A DNA stretch of 35,056 bases, taken from the IMG/VR virus record IMGVR_UViG_2734482782_000004; one strand, given 5' to 3'. The notes under the pieces are model-generated. The model ran no database searches, had not been told where the DNA came from, and worked only from the letters and a program-made list of their open reading frames with translations. Below are positions 26,510-34,738 of the stretch, piece after piece (within the stretch, counting starts at the first letter, position 1; each line of letters begins with the position of its first letter). The translations under genes were made by a program, and so were the position numbers. This DNA is from a virus. Taxonomy: Duplodnaviria > Heunggongvirae > Uroviricota > Caudoviricetes.

Positions 26510-27543
26510 TGAACAAGAAAAAAGGGAAAACACCGCAACCTGCGGCAAAAAAAATGACCGCCAGCGCCCCGAAAATGGAGGCATTCACCTTTGGTGAGCC
26601 GGTGCCGGTACTCGACCGCCGTGACATTCTGGATTACGTCGAGTGTATCAGTAACGGCAGATGGTATGAGCCACCGGTCAGCTTTACCGGTCTGGCAAAA
26701 AGCCTGCGTGCTGCCGTGCATCACAGCTCACCGATTTACGTTAAACGCAATATTCTGGCCTCGACATTTATCCCGCATCCGTGGCTTTCCCAGCAGGATT
26801 TCAGCCGCTTTGTGCTGGATTTTCTGGTGTTCGGCAATGCGTTTCTGGAAAAGCGTTACAGCACCACCGGTAAGGTCATCAGACTGGAAACCTCACCGGC
26901 AAAATATACCCGCCGTGGCGTGGAGGAGGATGTTTACTGGTGGGTGCCGTCCTTCAACGAGCCGACAGCCTTCGCGCCCGGTTCCGTGTTTCACCTGCTG
27001 GAGCCGGATATTAATCAGGAGCTGTACGGCCTGCCGGAATATCTCAGCGCCCTTAACTCTGCCTGGCTGAATGAGTCGGCCACGCTGTTCCGCCGCAAGT
27101 ATTACGAAAATGGCGCTCATGCCGGATACATCATGTACGTTACCGATGCCGTGCAGGATCGCAACGATATCGAAATGCTTCGCGAAAACATGGTGAAGTC
27201 GAAAGGCCGCAACAACTTTAAAAACCTGTTTCTCTATGCCCCGCAGGGGAAAGCCGACGGCATTAAAATTATCCCGCTCAGTGAAGTGGCGACGAAGGAC
27301 GATTTTTTTAATATCAAAAAAGCCAGCGCCGCTGACCTGCTGGACGCACACCGCATCCCCTTTCAGTTGATGGGGGGCAAGCCGGAGAATGTCGGGTCGC
27401 TGGGTGATATTGAGAAAGTGGCAAAGGTCTTTGTCCGCAATGAGCTTATCCCGTTACAGGACAGGATCCGCGAGATAAACGGCTGGCTCGGTCAGGAGGT
27501 CATCCGCTTTAAAAACTACTCACTGGACACTGACAACGGCTGA
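26509..27543 (+). CDS. Q: Portal protein gpQ
   Basis: 344-aa ORF, P2 Q length; ATGA overlap with the P stop. Confidence 0.85.
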   Translation: MNKKKGKTPQPAAKKMTASAPKMEAFTFGEPVPVLDRRDILDYVECISNGRWYEPPVSFTGLAKSLRAAVHHSSPIYVKRNILASTFIPHPWLSQQDFSRFVLDFLVFGNAFLEKRYSTTGKVIRLETSPAKYTRRGVEEDVYWWVPSFNEPTAFAPGSVFHLLEPDINQELYGLPEYLSALNSAWLNESATLFRRKYYENGAHAGYIMYVTDAVQDRNDIEMLRENMVKSKGRNNFKNLFLYAPQGKADGIKIIPLSEVATKDDFFNIKKASAADLLDAHRIPFQLMGGKPENVGSLGDIEKVAKVFVRNELIPLQDRIREINGWLGQEVIRFKNYSLDTDNG

Positions 27544-27548
27544 ACATC

Positions 27549-27570
27549 GCCGCCTGCGGGCGGCTTTTTT
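27549..27570 (+). terminator. Rho-independent terminator after Q
   Basis: Hairpin gccgcc-tgcg-ggcggc followed by TTTTTT. Confidence 0.7.
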
Positions 27571-27712
27571 ACAACCCGCCATCACGCCCTCACACGCTCA
27601 CCACCGCACAAAACAGCCCGCAGACACACCAACGCCCCGGCGAACAATCTAAACGCCATCACGACGCGCTCAGACGCTGAAAAAATAAAATCAGCACCAC
27701 CGCCAGCGCGCA

Positions 27713-27731
27713 GTGCTTTCCCCGCCTCGCC
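27713..27731. other. cos cohesive-end site (19 nt)
   Basis: gtgctttccccgcctcgcc is the reverse complement of the P2 cohesive end GGCGAGGCGGGGAAAGCAC as I recall it; it sits between Q and the replication genes, as expected for a prophage. Confidence 0.75.
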
Positions 27732-28015
27732 CGCCCGCTTCACAGGGCGGTTTTAATGCAGTTGCATAGATACTATGGATCCGCACCAGTCCTGACCGCA
27801 CGCAGCCTGAACGGACATCCCCAACGCATGCAAAAACATTCACTTGTTGCATGCATAGCTTTTTAAGTACGCCATACCGCAACTGTACATTTTTAAGCAA
27901 TTGGCAACTTTAAAAAATTTACATTGCTTTCAAGACCTTATCATCCGTAGTCTCTGTTTTTTACTTTGAGCTACATCAATAAAATCTCAAACATGTTTAA
28001 TGCAAAGCCCTTGTT

Positions 28016-28069
28016 ACACAACATAGAATGTATGTCTAGAAACAACGACATACTATATGTTGTGTTTTT
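28016..28069 (+). terminator. Long imperfect hairpin (10-bp outer plus 7-bp inner stem) followed by a T-tract; candidate terminator, attenuator or structured RNA
   Basis: acacaacata (28016..28025) pairs with tatgttgtgt (28056..28065); inner gtatgtc / gacatac; followed by TTTT. Confidence 0.4.
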
Positions 28070-28209
28070 CCGGCTCTCTGTTCGGTGATATGCCAAATCA
28101 CTTTGCGTTTAAACAGAGCATTATTTCAGGGCAAGACTTCGCTCAAAAGTCATTCCACCTAAGAAGCGCATATACCGGTGGAAGTTGCCCTCTACTTACA
28201 GGAGGCAAT

Positions 28210-28323
28210 ATGAAGAAATGCTATTACTGCATTCTCGTTCTGGCCCTCTTTGGCTATCCAAACGGTAGTCCGAGTGGTTTGTCAGTAAACGTCAGTAATA
28301 TCAATGTCAGCATTATGCTTTAA
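28210..28323 (+). CDS. Candidate small hydrophobic peptide (37 aa) in the tin/old-position cargo region
   Basis: ATG at 28210 preceded by consensus AGGAGG (28200..28205); product MKKCYYCILVLALFGYPNGSPSGLSVNVSNINVSIML; followed by a bidirectional terminator; flanked by 15-bp direct repeats. Confidence 0.35.
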   Translation: MKKCYYCILVLALFGYPNGSPSGLSVNVSNINVSIML

Positions 28324-28340
28324 TATGCTTCAAACAAAAA

Positions 28341-28365
28341 AACCACCTGCCAGGGTGGTTTTTTT
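28341..28365. terminator. Bidirectional rho-independent terminator
   Basis: Hairpin aaccacc-tgccag-ggtggtt with T-tract downstream and A-tract upstream. Confidence 0.65.
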
Positions 28366-28625
28366 GCGCCCATCATCAATACGATGAAAGACTGACAAGA
28401 CTTCGCTCAAGACGAATTATGCGTCGACATAAGGTTACCCGCAATGATTTTATTAGACTAAATGGATGGCCTTTTATGACCCGGATCAAACGGCTGTCCT
28501 TACCGACATGCTAGTCACTCAATAGCATTTAGCCTTCTAATTCAGCATGCTATTGACCTTCTGCTGCCCCATAACTGCTCCGCATAAGCCATTCAATGCC
28601 ATATCAAATTACGTTGTGTTTTTAC

Positions 28626-30944
28626 TCAAATGGGTAACGAGAACCCCGGCCACTCATCAGCGACCGGATATCTGAATTTTTTCCCGTCATAATTTACGGT
28701 TGCCCCACGCGCCAGCGCCTCAATCTCCCATCGCTGCGGCCTGATACCGTTCTGAGCAAGGTCAACGCGGATACGGGTAATTTGCGTTCGTTCCGACCGG
28801 GTCAGTCTGGCCGATGGCGCTATTTCATGTGGTTTTAACAGGCTTCCGTTTCTCTGCTGACGATTTGGTGTTCTCAGTCCGTGTTTTAATGCACCTCTGA
28901 GCGCCCTCACGACCTCTGGCTCATTCCATTCGATAACACCGTCATCAACCAGATTAAGCACGGCTGCGGCATGTTCAGAAGGTGTGGGAGCCGGTAACGA
29001 AGTATCACCACCGGTGAGCTTTCCACAGTTATTGACAGGACTCCGAGGCGCGGCGATGCCGCTTTTTAAAGTCAAAGGCTCAACGACCGGAACTTTCGGC
29101 ACAATGCGCCAGTCCGTCGTTCTGGTGATATGAATATGACGCGCGCCGAGATGCGGCGCGTAAATGCCGACCACCCTCTCGACCTCTTCCTCGTACTCGT
29201 TAACGTCATCCGACGGGCTACGGGCGACCCTGACAGTCTGACAATCGCGCGGGACATTTGCCCCACCCTGCGCGCTGATATACAACGCAAAATCACCACT
29301 GTCTGCGGCGGCGCGTGCAGCCTCGACGCGCTCGTCAAACTCATCAGCAATGCTGACGCCGCGCGGCAATTTGCGTAGTTCACGGTAAGCCCCCATTGTC
29401 GGCAGACCAACCGTTTTAAATTGCGGGATGCGCCACGTTGACGCCCATGCGGTAACAGCCGCAGCAGTGTCTTTCAGCGGCCTGCCGGTATCGTTATCGA
29501 GCTGACCATCCAGTGCATAGCCGTCGATGTTTTTTGAGATGTATTTCGCGATATACCCCGCAGCACCGCCCCGGTTAAGGTGTTTTGCCTGAAAACGGTT
29601 TCGCGCGGCTCCTCTTTCGTCGCCATCCTCTTTGAGCGCATAGCGACGCATGATTTCGATAATCTGGTTACGCTGGCGCGGATTACAAAAAAGCATCATA
29701 TGCCAGTGCGGCGTTCCGTCGTGGTGTGGCTCGACGACACGCAAACCGTAGACCTGTAAATCATTATCCTTGAATGCCGTGCGCATCAGGCTCCAGATAC
29801 GGCAGAGATAACGCTGCGCATCCTTTGGATTAAATGCCTCATCGTTCCAGCCGTGATTTAGCTGGACGGTTTTACTTTCGCCTTTTCTGACCTGACGTGT
29901 CGGGTGATACTTTGACGGCGCGGTCAGCGTGATAAACATCCCCACATCACCCTCTGCTGCGGCGTAACGCTCAATACCGGCAATGGTGTTCATCATCTCC
30001 ATCCGGCGAATTTCAGGATTAGAAATACTGCCCATCACCTTACTGATAAGGTCGATGCGCTCGCCGGTTTCCCTGTTTTCAAGGTCACACGATTTAAGAA
30101 ATTCCAGATTTGCCTGGCGGCGCGCACGCACATCACGAATGGCGTGTTTACTGGCATAAGGAGAACGGTCTTTATTGACCTCCCCGACAGCTATCAGTAA
30201 CGCTTCATGCCAGCGCATACGCTGGCCTTTAAGCTGATGAGTCCACCACTCATCGTTAAACAGACGGGCAATGGCAGAATATGCCTGCCTCGTGGTCATC
30301 TGTCCTTTACGGTATTTTTTCCAGTAGAGAGGGGAAATATTGAAAGCTCGTGCAGCGCCAGCAACATGACCATACAGGTGAGCCTGAGCCTCATCCATAA
30401 ACAGTGATTCTTTTTCGCCATGCGCATCCACCCAGGCATCGCTGAGTTCCTCATACATCATGAAAAGCTGTGATGAGATACGGGCGGCAAACTTTTTCAG
30501 CTCCTTGTCATTCATTCCAGGCAAACGCGCATAATGGTCACGCTCTGCCAGAAACAGCAACGACGCGTCGGTGTTCATTTCATGGCGCTGATTCACACGC
30601 TCAATGCGCGGCCATAAACGACGCTGAAAAGTGGATGTGAGGAAATAAAACCCGTGCACCGGGCTTTTATTGCGCCGGATGTAGTCATAGCGTGAAGTAA
30701 ACAGCGAGCGCAAAAAATAAGGCAGGCGGTTAATCGTGGATAAAACACCTTGCACCTGACGCATCTCGTCACGTGTAAGAGGTCTTTCGCGCCCGACAGC
30801 CTCGCGTGGCGCGTTCCATGCATAAGCACCGGTAAACGTCTTACCGGTGCCTGCGGTAAATGCTGACGGAGGGACAAAACGCCCGGAGGCTTTAACGGCC
30901 ATATGAGCCAAAAGCCTCTGAACAACGCTTGCTGAGTTGCTCAA
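28626..30944 (-). CDS. A: Replication initiation protein gpA (rolling-circle nickase)
   Basis: 772-aa ORF, P2 A size class (761 aa by memory) and position; exact start uncertain. Confidence 0.8.
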   Translation of the reverse strand: MSNSASVVQRLLAHMAVKASGRFVPPSAFTAGTGKTFTGAYAWNAPREAVGRERPLTRDEMRQVQGVLSTINRLPYFLRSLFTSRYDYIRRNKSPVHGFYFLTSTFQRRLWPRIERVNQRHEMNTDASLLFLAERDHYARLPGMNDKELKKFAARISSQLFMMYEELSDAWVDAHGEKESLFMDEAQAHLYGHVAGAARAFNISPLYWKKYRKGQMTTRQAYSAIARLFNDEWWTHQLKGQRMRWHEALLIAVGEVNKDRSPYASKHAIRDVRARRQANLEFLKSCDLENRETGERIDLISKVMGSISNPEIRRMEMMNTIAGIERYAAAEGDVGMFITLTAPSKYHPTRQVRKGESKTVQLNHGWNDEAFNPKDAQRYLCRIWSLMRTAFKDNDLQVYGLRVVEPHHDGTPHWHMMLFCNPRQRNQIIEIMRRYALKEDGDERGAARNRFQAKHLNRGGAAGYIAKYISKNIDGYALDGQLDNDTGRPLKDTAAAVTAWASTWRIPQFKTVGLPTMGAYRELRKLPRGVSIADEFDERVEAARAAADSGDFALYISAQGGANVPRDCQTVRVARSPSDDVNEYEEEVERVVGIYAPHLGARHIHITRTTDWRIVPKVPVVEPLTLKSGIAAPRSPVNNCGKLTGGDTSLPAPTPSEHAAAVLNLVDDGVIEWNEPEVVRALRGALKHGLRTPNRQQRNGSLLKPHEIAPSARLTRSERTQITRIRVDLAQNGIRPQRWEIEALARGATVNYDGKKFRYPVADEWPGFSLPI

Positions 30945-31167
30945 CCTGCGCGTTTAAATCAGCAAAAGACTTTGCGCTTCCGGTCAGAATATCGTGATGC
31001 ATCAGGCCGGAAACGAGCTGGCTTAATTTCGGGTAATAACCAACCACCGCCAGCCATTCCTGACCGGCGTTTTTACCGCTTTCCGCTCTCTTTTTCTCGT
31101 GGAGAATAAACTGAAAGCTGTCACTGGTAACGACATAACGTTCGCCAATTTCAATACGAATACTCAT
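30892..31167 (-). CDS. Hypothetical protein (P2 orf83 position)
   Basis: 91-aa ORF, translationally coupled in the B-to-A early operon. Confidence 0.5.
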   Translation of the reverse strand: MSIRIEIGERYVVTSDSFQFILHEKKRAESGKNAGQEWLAVVGYYPKLSQLVSGLMHHDILTGSAKSFADLNAQVEQLSKRCSEAFGSYGR

Positions 31168-31388
31168 GCCGTTCTCCGGTAATGTTTGTTTTTTGCTTCA
31201 AAGACTGACTGACAGGAAACACAACGCGTGGCTGACGGGTAAGCCGCACGACGGGCAGCAGGTATTGGCGCGTCACACTCTTCGCAAACCAGCGCAGAAG
31301 CACCGCAATGTTTTACCCTTGCCGCGTTAATCTGGCGCTCCAGTAATTCAGCCTGTTGTTCCTGAATAAAATCTACGTTGTCCGGCAT
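31164..31388 (-). CDS. DksA/TraR-family C4 zinc-finger protein (P2 orf82 position)
   Basis: 74-aa ORF with C-x2-C ... C-x2-C (CEECDAPIPAARRAAYPSATRCVSCQ). Confidence 0.6.
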   Translation of the reverse strand: MPDNVDFIQEQQAELLERQINAARVKHCGASALVCEECDAPIPAARRAAYPSATRCVSCQSVFEAKNKHYRRTA

Positions 31389-31390
31389 TA

Positions 31391-31693
31391 TCAGCTCCTT
31401 TTATCGTTAAGTTTCCTGGATACATCAGCGCAATAACTGGCAAGTTCTGTCGTTAATTTTGTCAGTTCATCCACTGAGGAAATTTGCTTGTGGAATACAG
31501 CGCGTTTAACAAGTAAATTGACCACATCAGACAGAAGGTTTAATTCATTCTGATAAATCGCGATAACAGATTCAGTTATGTCGCGTTTTTCTTTATCAAG
31601 GCAAAGTTGAATAAGAGACAAATCGCCATTTTTCATAACGGCGATTTTTAAGGCGTTATTCAGTAATACAACTGAATGAGAACAGGACATCAA
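31391..31693 (-). CDS. Hypothetical protein (P2 orf81 position)
   Basis: 100-aa ORF in the early operon, AT-rich. Confidence 0.5.
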   Translation of the reverse strand: MMSCSHSVVLLNNALKIAVMKNGDLSLIQLCLDKEKRDITESVIAIYQNELNLLSDVVNLLVKRAVFHKQISSVDELTKLTTELASYCADVSRKLNDKRS

Positions 31694-31914
31694 AACACCT
31701 CCCCGCGAGACAATCCGATATTGTGAAATTTTTCCGACTCCTGACTGAGCAGCTCGACTATCTCCACGCGGGATAACTCCGCCTTTGTGATATGGCGAAT
31801 CATGGCGTCAAGATGAGAAGAAAAGCGTGTCGCTGCGTCGGCCTGTGCTTCGGCTCTGGCCCGTTGCAGCAGTAATGCGTATTTACCGCACTTGTTTTCA
31901 GAAACTGTATGCAT
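31690..31914 (-). CDS. Hypothetical protein (P2 orf80 position)
   Basis: 74-aa ORF, overlaps the next gene by 4 nt. Confidence 0.5.
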   Translation of the reverse strand: MHTVSENKCGKYALLLQRARAEAQADAATRFSSHLDAMIRHITKAELSRVEIVELLSQESEKFHNIGLSRGEVF

Positions 31915-31977
31915 GACTTTCTCCAGACAAAAAGAAGCCCCGCACGATTAAGTACGTTAAAAACTCTGGTTAATTAT

Positions 31978-32478
31978 TTAATGCAGATATTGCTCTGGTT
32001 TTACCGACGTCAGAATTGTCGGTGCATACTCAAACAGGCTGAATAATTCACGTAATGCACGGAATAAAGCATCACGCCAGTAACATGATTCTTCATTAAT
32101 TCGCCAGTATGGCTGGTTGAATTCTTTTTCAGTCAATCCGGCATGCATAAATAAAGTACGACGCTGACTGACTGTTAAAAAACTAATATATGCATACTCA
32201 CTTGCGCCAACCTGACGGCGTTTTGAGAATGCCCCACGCAGTTCATCAATTGCACAAACCAACCGTTCACGTTCGACGTCGTTCATTTCTTCAAAACGCA
32301 TCGTTGCGTGACGTTGTTTTAACTGCGCATGAAAGCAAACCGTTAACCGTTCACGCTCCATCATCTGATTATAATAATCACATGTATCCTGCCAGCGAGG
32401 AACGGCAAGATGCTTACCAATTATCCGGCGCATAGCTGCTGGCTGTTTTTCAACGAGATTGAGCGTCATCACTGTCAT
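31978..32478 (-). CDS. B: Replication protein gpB
   Basis: 166-aa ORF, P2 B length and position. Confidence 0.8.
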   Translation of the reverse strand: MTVMTLNLVEKQPAAMRRIIGKHLAVPRWQDTCDYYNQMMERERLTVCFHAQLKQRHATMRFEEMNDVERERLVCAIDELRGAFSKRRQVGASEYAYISFLTVSQRRTLFMHAGLTEKEFNQPYWRINEESCYWRDALFRALRELFSLFEYAPTILTSVKPEQYLH

Positions 32479-32669
32479 TTCCAGCCCCTCCGGCTTTTCA
32501 GAAAGGTCAGAGCCTTCTTTAACGGACTCTGTTTTTTGGTGCGGATAATGATTCCCTTGCGTCCCTTCCCGTGGGTGATGGTGAAGTCAATCGCCCTGGG
32601 GCTTTCGTTACGCAGTAACTGAGCAATACAACGAGGCTCATTCATACGGTTCTCCTTAACGTGGTTCAC
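32475..32669 (-). CDS. Hypothetical protein (P2 orf78 position)
   Basis: 64-aa ORF between cox and B. Confidence 0.45.
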   Translation of the reverse strand: MNHVKENRMNEPRCIAQLLRNESPRAIDFTITHGKGRKGIIIRTKKQSPLKKALTFLKSRRGWK

Positions 32670-32931
32670 CGAGACCTAACCACATCAACCAGCCGTCACG
32701 AATCTCTTTAGGGCGGCTTTCATAAGCCAGTTTTAGTCCGTTATTCCATGCCGGAAGGTATACCCAATATTCACCTGCACGACCTGAAGCTGATTGTGGA
32801 TCGGTCATATCAATTACAGGCAGCTTTCCTTTATCGATCATCCGACGAACCGCTCCTGTCGATTTTCCTATTAGTTTTGCGAACTCCTGATAAGGAATCG
32901 CATCAGTCATGAGTGTTACTTGCTTGCTCAT
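32656..32931 (-). CDS. cox: Cox excisionase / repressor of the lysogenic promoter
   Basis: 91-aa ORF, P2 Cox length; first gene of the early operon, divergent from C; GGAGG upstream. Confidence 0.8.
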   Translation of the reverse strand: MSKQVTLMTDAIPYQEFAKLIGKSTGAVRRMIDKGKLPVIDMTDPQSASGRAGEYWVYLPAWNNGLKLAYESRPKEIRDGWLMWLGLGEPR

Positions 32932-33045
32932 GTCGTCCTCCAGCCCTCATGAATTGCGTTTAATGCCTTATAATGCCTTTTAGTGCCCACATCCAAGCAC
33001 TAAACAATCTACATCTAAACTAAATACTATTGAGATCTAAACACC
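32932..33045. promoter_or_regulatory. Immunity switch region between cox and C (candidate Pe/Pc promoters and repressor operators)
   Basis: Tandem direct repeat taatgcctt at 32961..32969 and 32971..32979 overlapping TATAAT-like hexamers on both strands; direct repeats atctaaac at 33013..33020 and 33035..33042 (22-bp spacing), with a third cactaaac at 32998..33005. Confidence 0.5.
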
Positions 33046-33345
33046 ATGTCAAACACGATAAGCGAGAAGATAGTCTTAATGCGAAAATCAGAGTATTTGA
33101 GCAGACAACAACTTGCTGATTTAACAGGGGTTCCGTATGGCACGCTGAGTTACTATGAAAGTGGTCGTTCAACACCTCCAACAGATGTCATGATGAACAT
33201 CCTGCAGACCCCACAATTCACCAAATACACTTTATGGTTCATGACCAATCAGATCGCTCCTGAGTCCGGGCAAATTGCGCCCGCTCTCGCACACTTTGGG
33301 CAAAACGAAACAACGTCGCCCCACTCCGGTCAAAAGACTGGTTAA
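33046..33345 (+). CDS. C: Immunity repressor C
   Basis: 99-aa ORF, P2 C length, between cox and int. Confidence 0.8.
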   Translation: MSNTISEKIVLMRKSEYLSRQQLADLTGVPYGTLSYYESGRSTPPTDVMMNILQTPQFTKYTLWFMTNQIAPESGQIAPALAHFGQNETTSPHSGQKTG

Positions 33346-33460
33346 CAATTCATCGTGAATATATTCATCACAAGTGCCTACTATTGGTGGCTAAATTTCA
33401 GCCACCACGAAAAAAGCGATTAGTAGTCGCCAAAAAACACACCACTCGGAGGGTTTTCTG

Positions 33461-34474
33461 ATGGCAATCAAAAAACTCGATGATGGTCGATATGAAGTGG
33501 ACATCCGCCCTACTGGACGTAATGGAAAACGCATCCGTAGGAAGTTTGATAAGAAAAGCGAAGCTGTCGCTTTCGAGAAATACACGTTGTACAACCACCA
33601 CAATAAAGAATGGCTATCAAAACCAACAGACAAGCGACGTCTGTCGGAGCTGACACAGATCTGGTGGGATTTAAAGGGTAAACACGAAGAGCATGGGAAA
33701 TCTAATCTTGGAAAAATTGAAATCTTCACAAAAATAACGAATGACCCATGCGCATTTCAAATTACGAAATCGCTTATCAGCCAGTACTGCGCCACCCGAA
33801 GAAGTCAGGGTATTAAACCTTCGAGTATCAATCGTGATTTAACATGTATTAGCGGCATGTTTACAGCCCTGATTGAAGCGGAGTTATTCTTTGGTGAGCA
33901 CCCTATCAGAGGGACAAAAAGGCTTAAGGAGGAAAAACCAGACACAGGCTATCTCACGCAGGAAGAAATTGCCTTACTGCTTGCTGCTCTTGACGGCGAC
34001 AATAAAAAGATTGCGATTCTTTGCCTGAGTACTGGAGCACGTTGGGGAGAAGCAGCTCGTTTGAAAGCAGAAAATATCATCCATAACCGCGTCACGTTTG
34101 TTAAAACGAAAACAAACAAACCACGCACCGTCCCGATCTCAGAGGCTGTTGCCAAAATGATCGCGGATAACAAACGAGGTTTTTTATTCCCTGATGCTGA
34201 TTACCCTCGCTTCAGACGAACAATGAAAGCAATAAAACCGGATTTGCCAATGGGGCAAGCCACACATGCATTAAGGCACAGCTTTGCCACTCATTTCATG
34301 ATTAATGGAGGAAGTATTATCACGCTACAACGGATACTAGGTCACACGCGGATTGAGCAAACTATGGTTTACGCTCATTTTGCGCCAGAGTACCTTCAGG
34401 ACGCCATTTCTCTTAATCCGCTAAGAGGTGGTACTGAGGCCGAGAGTGTCCACACAGTGTCCACAGTAGAGTAA
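33461..34474 (+). CDS. int: Tyrosine integrase
   Basis: 337-aa ORF, P2 Int length; C-terminal R...HxxR...Y catalytic pattern (ALRHSFATH ... MVYAHF); 80 bp upstream of attR. Confidence 0.88.
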   Translation: MAIKKLDDGRYEVDIRPTGRNGKRIRRKFDKKSEAVAFEKYTLYNHHNKEWLSKPTDKRRLSELTQIWWDLKGKHEEHGKSNLGKIEIFTKITNDPCAFQITKSLISQYCATRRSQGIKPSSINRDLTCISGMFTALIEAELFFGEHPIRGTKRLKEEKPDTGYLTQEEIALLLAALDGDNKKIAILCLSTGARWGEAARLKAENIIHNRVTFVKTKTNKPRTVPISEAVAKMIADNKRGFLFPDADYPRFRRTMKAIKPDLPMGQATHALRHSFATHFMINGGSIITLQRILGHTRIEQTMVYAHFAPEYLQDAISLNPLRGGTEAESVHTVSTVE

Positions 34475-34553
34475 CGTTTAAGGGCTTTCAGTGGTAATTT
34501 ATGCCGCTCAAACCCGCATTGTACCGTTGAAAGCCCCTACTGGTGCCCCCCTA

Positions 34554-34580
34554 AATCTCCCTTACACGGGCTTATTTTTT
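34554..34580. repeat. attR core (27 bp)
   Basis: Exact copy of the attL core, 80 bp downstream of the int stop. Confidence 0.85.
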
Positions 34581-34738
34581 ATGCATAAGCCCTATCCCTG
34601 GTCACCGTCTTCCATTGACCACATCGATAGAATCTCCCTTCATAGCACGATGCCTTTCACGTAACGGCATCGTGCTCGCACAGGTTCCGGCTAAGCACAA
34701 CCAGAACGCGCATGTTTGACGCTTACCAAAAAATATTC

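Larger units (their letters stand above)
1507..34580. mobile_element. Complete P2-like prophage (Peduovirus-type), about 33.1 kb, integrated in the cyaR 3' end
   Basis: Full P2 gene order with P2-matching protein lengths (ogr 72, D 387, U 159, T 815, E 91, FII 172, FI 396, G 175, I 176, J 302, W 115, S 150, R 155, K 165, N 357, M 247, Q 344, B 166, Cox 91, C 99, Int 337 aa); cos sequence present; flanked by 27-bp direct repeats; integrase adjacent to attR. Confidence 0.92.

Noticed and set aside
27691-27900. 69-aa minus-strand ORF overlapping cos
   Set aside because: It spans the cohesive-end site and the Q-distal non-coding region, has an Arg/Gly-rich low-complexity translation and no ribosome-binding site.
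28057-28323. 88-aa version of the small peptide ORF starting at ATG 28057
   Set aside because: That ATG lies inside the right arm of the long hairpin (28016..28065) and lacks a ribosome-binding site; the internal ATG at 28210 with consensus AGGAGG is the more plausible start if the frame is translated at all.
34645-34674. 10-bp inverted repeat gcacgatgcc ... ggcatcgtgc downstream of yegR as a terminator
   Set aside because: There is no U-tract on either strand after the stem, so it is not a canonical intrinsic terminator; it may be a protein-binding site or part of the old prophage scar.
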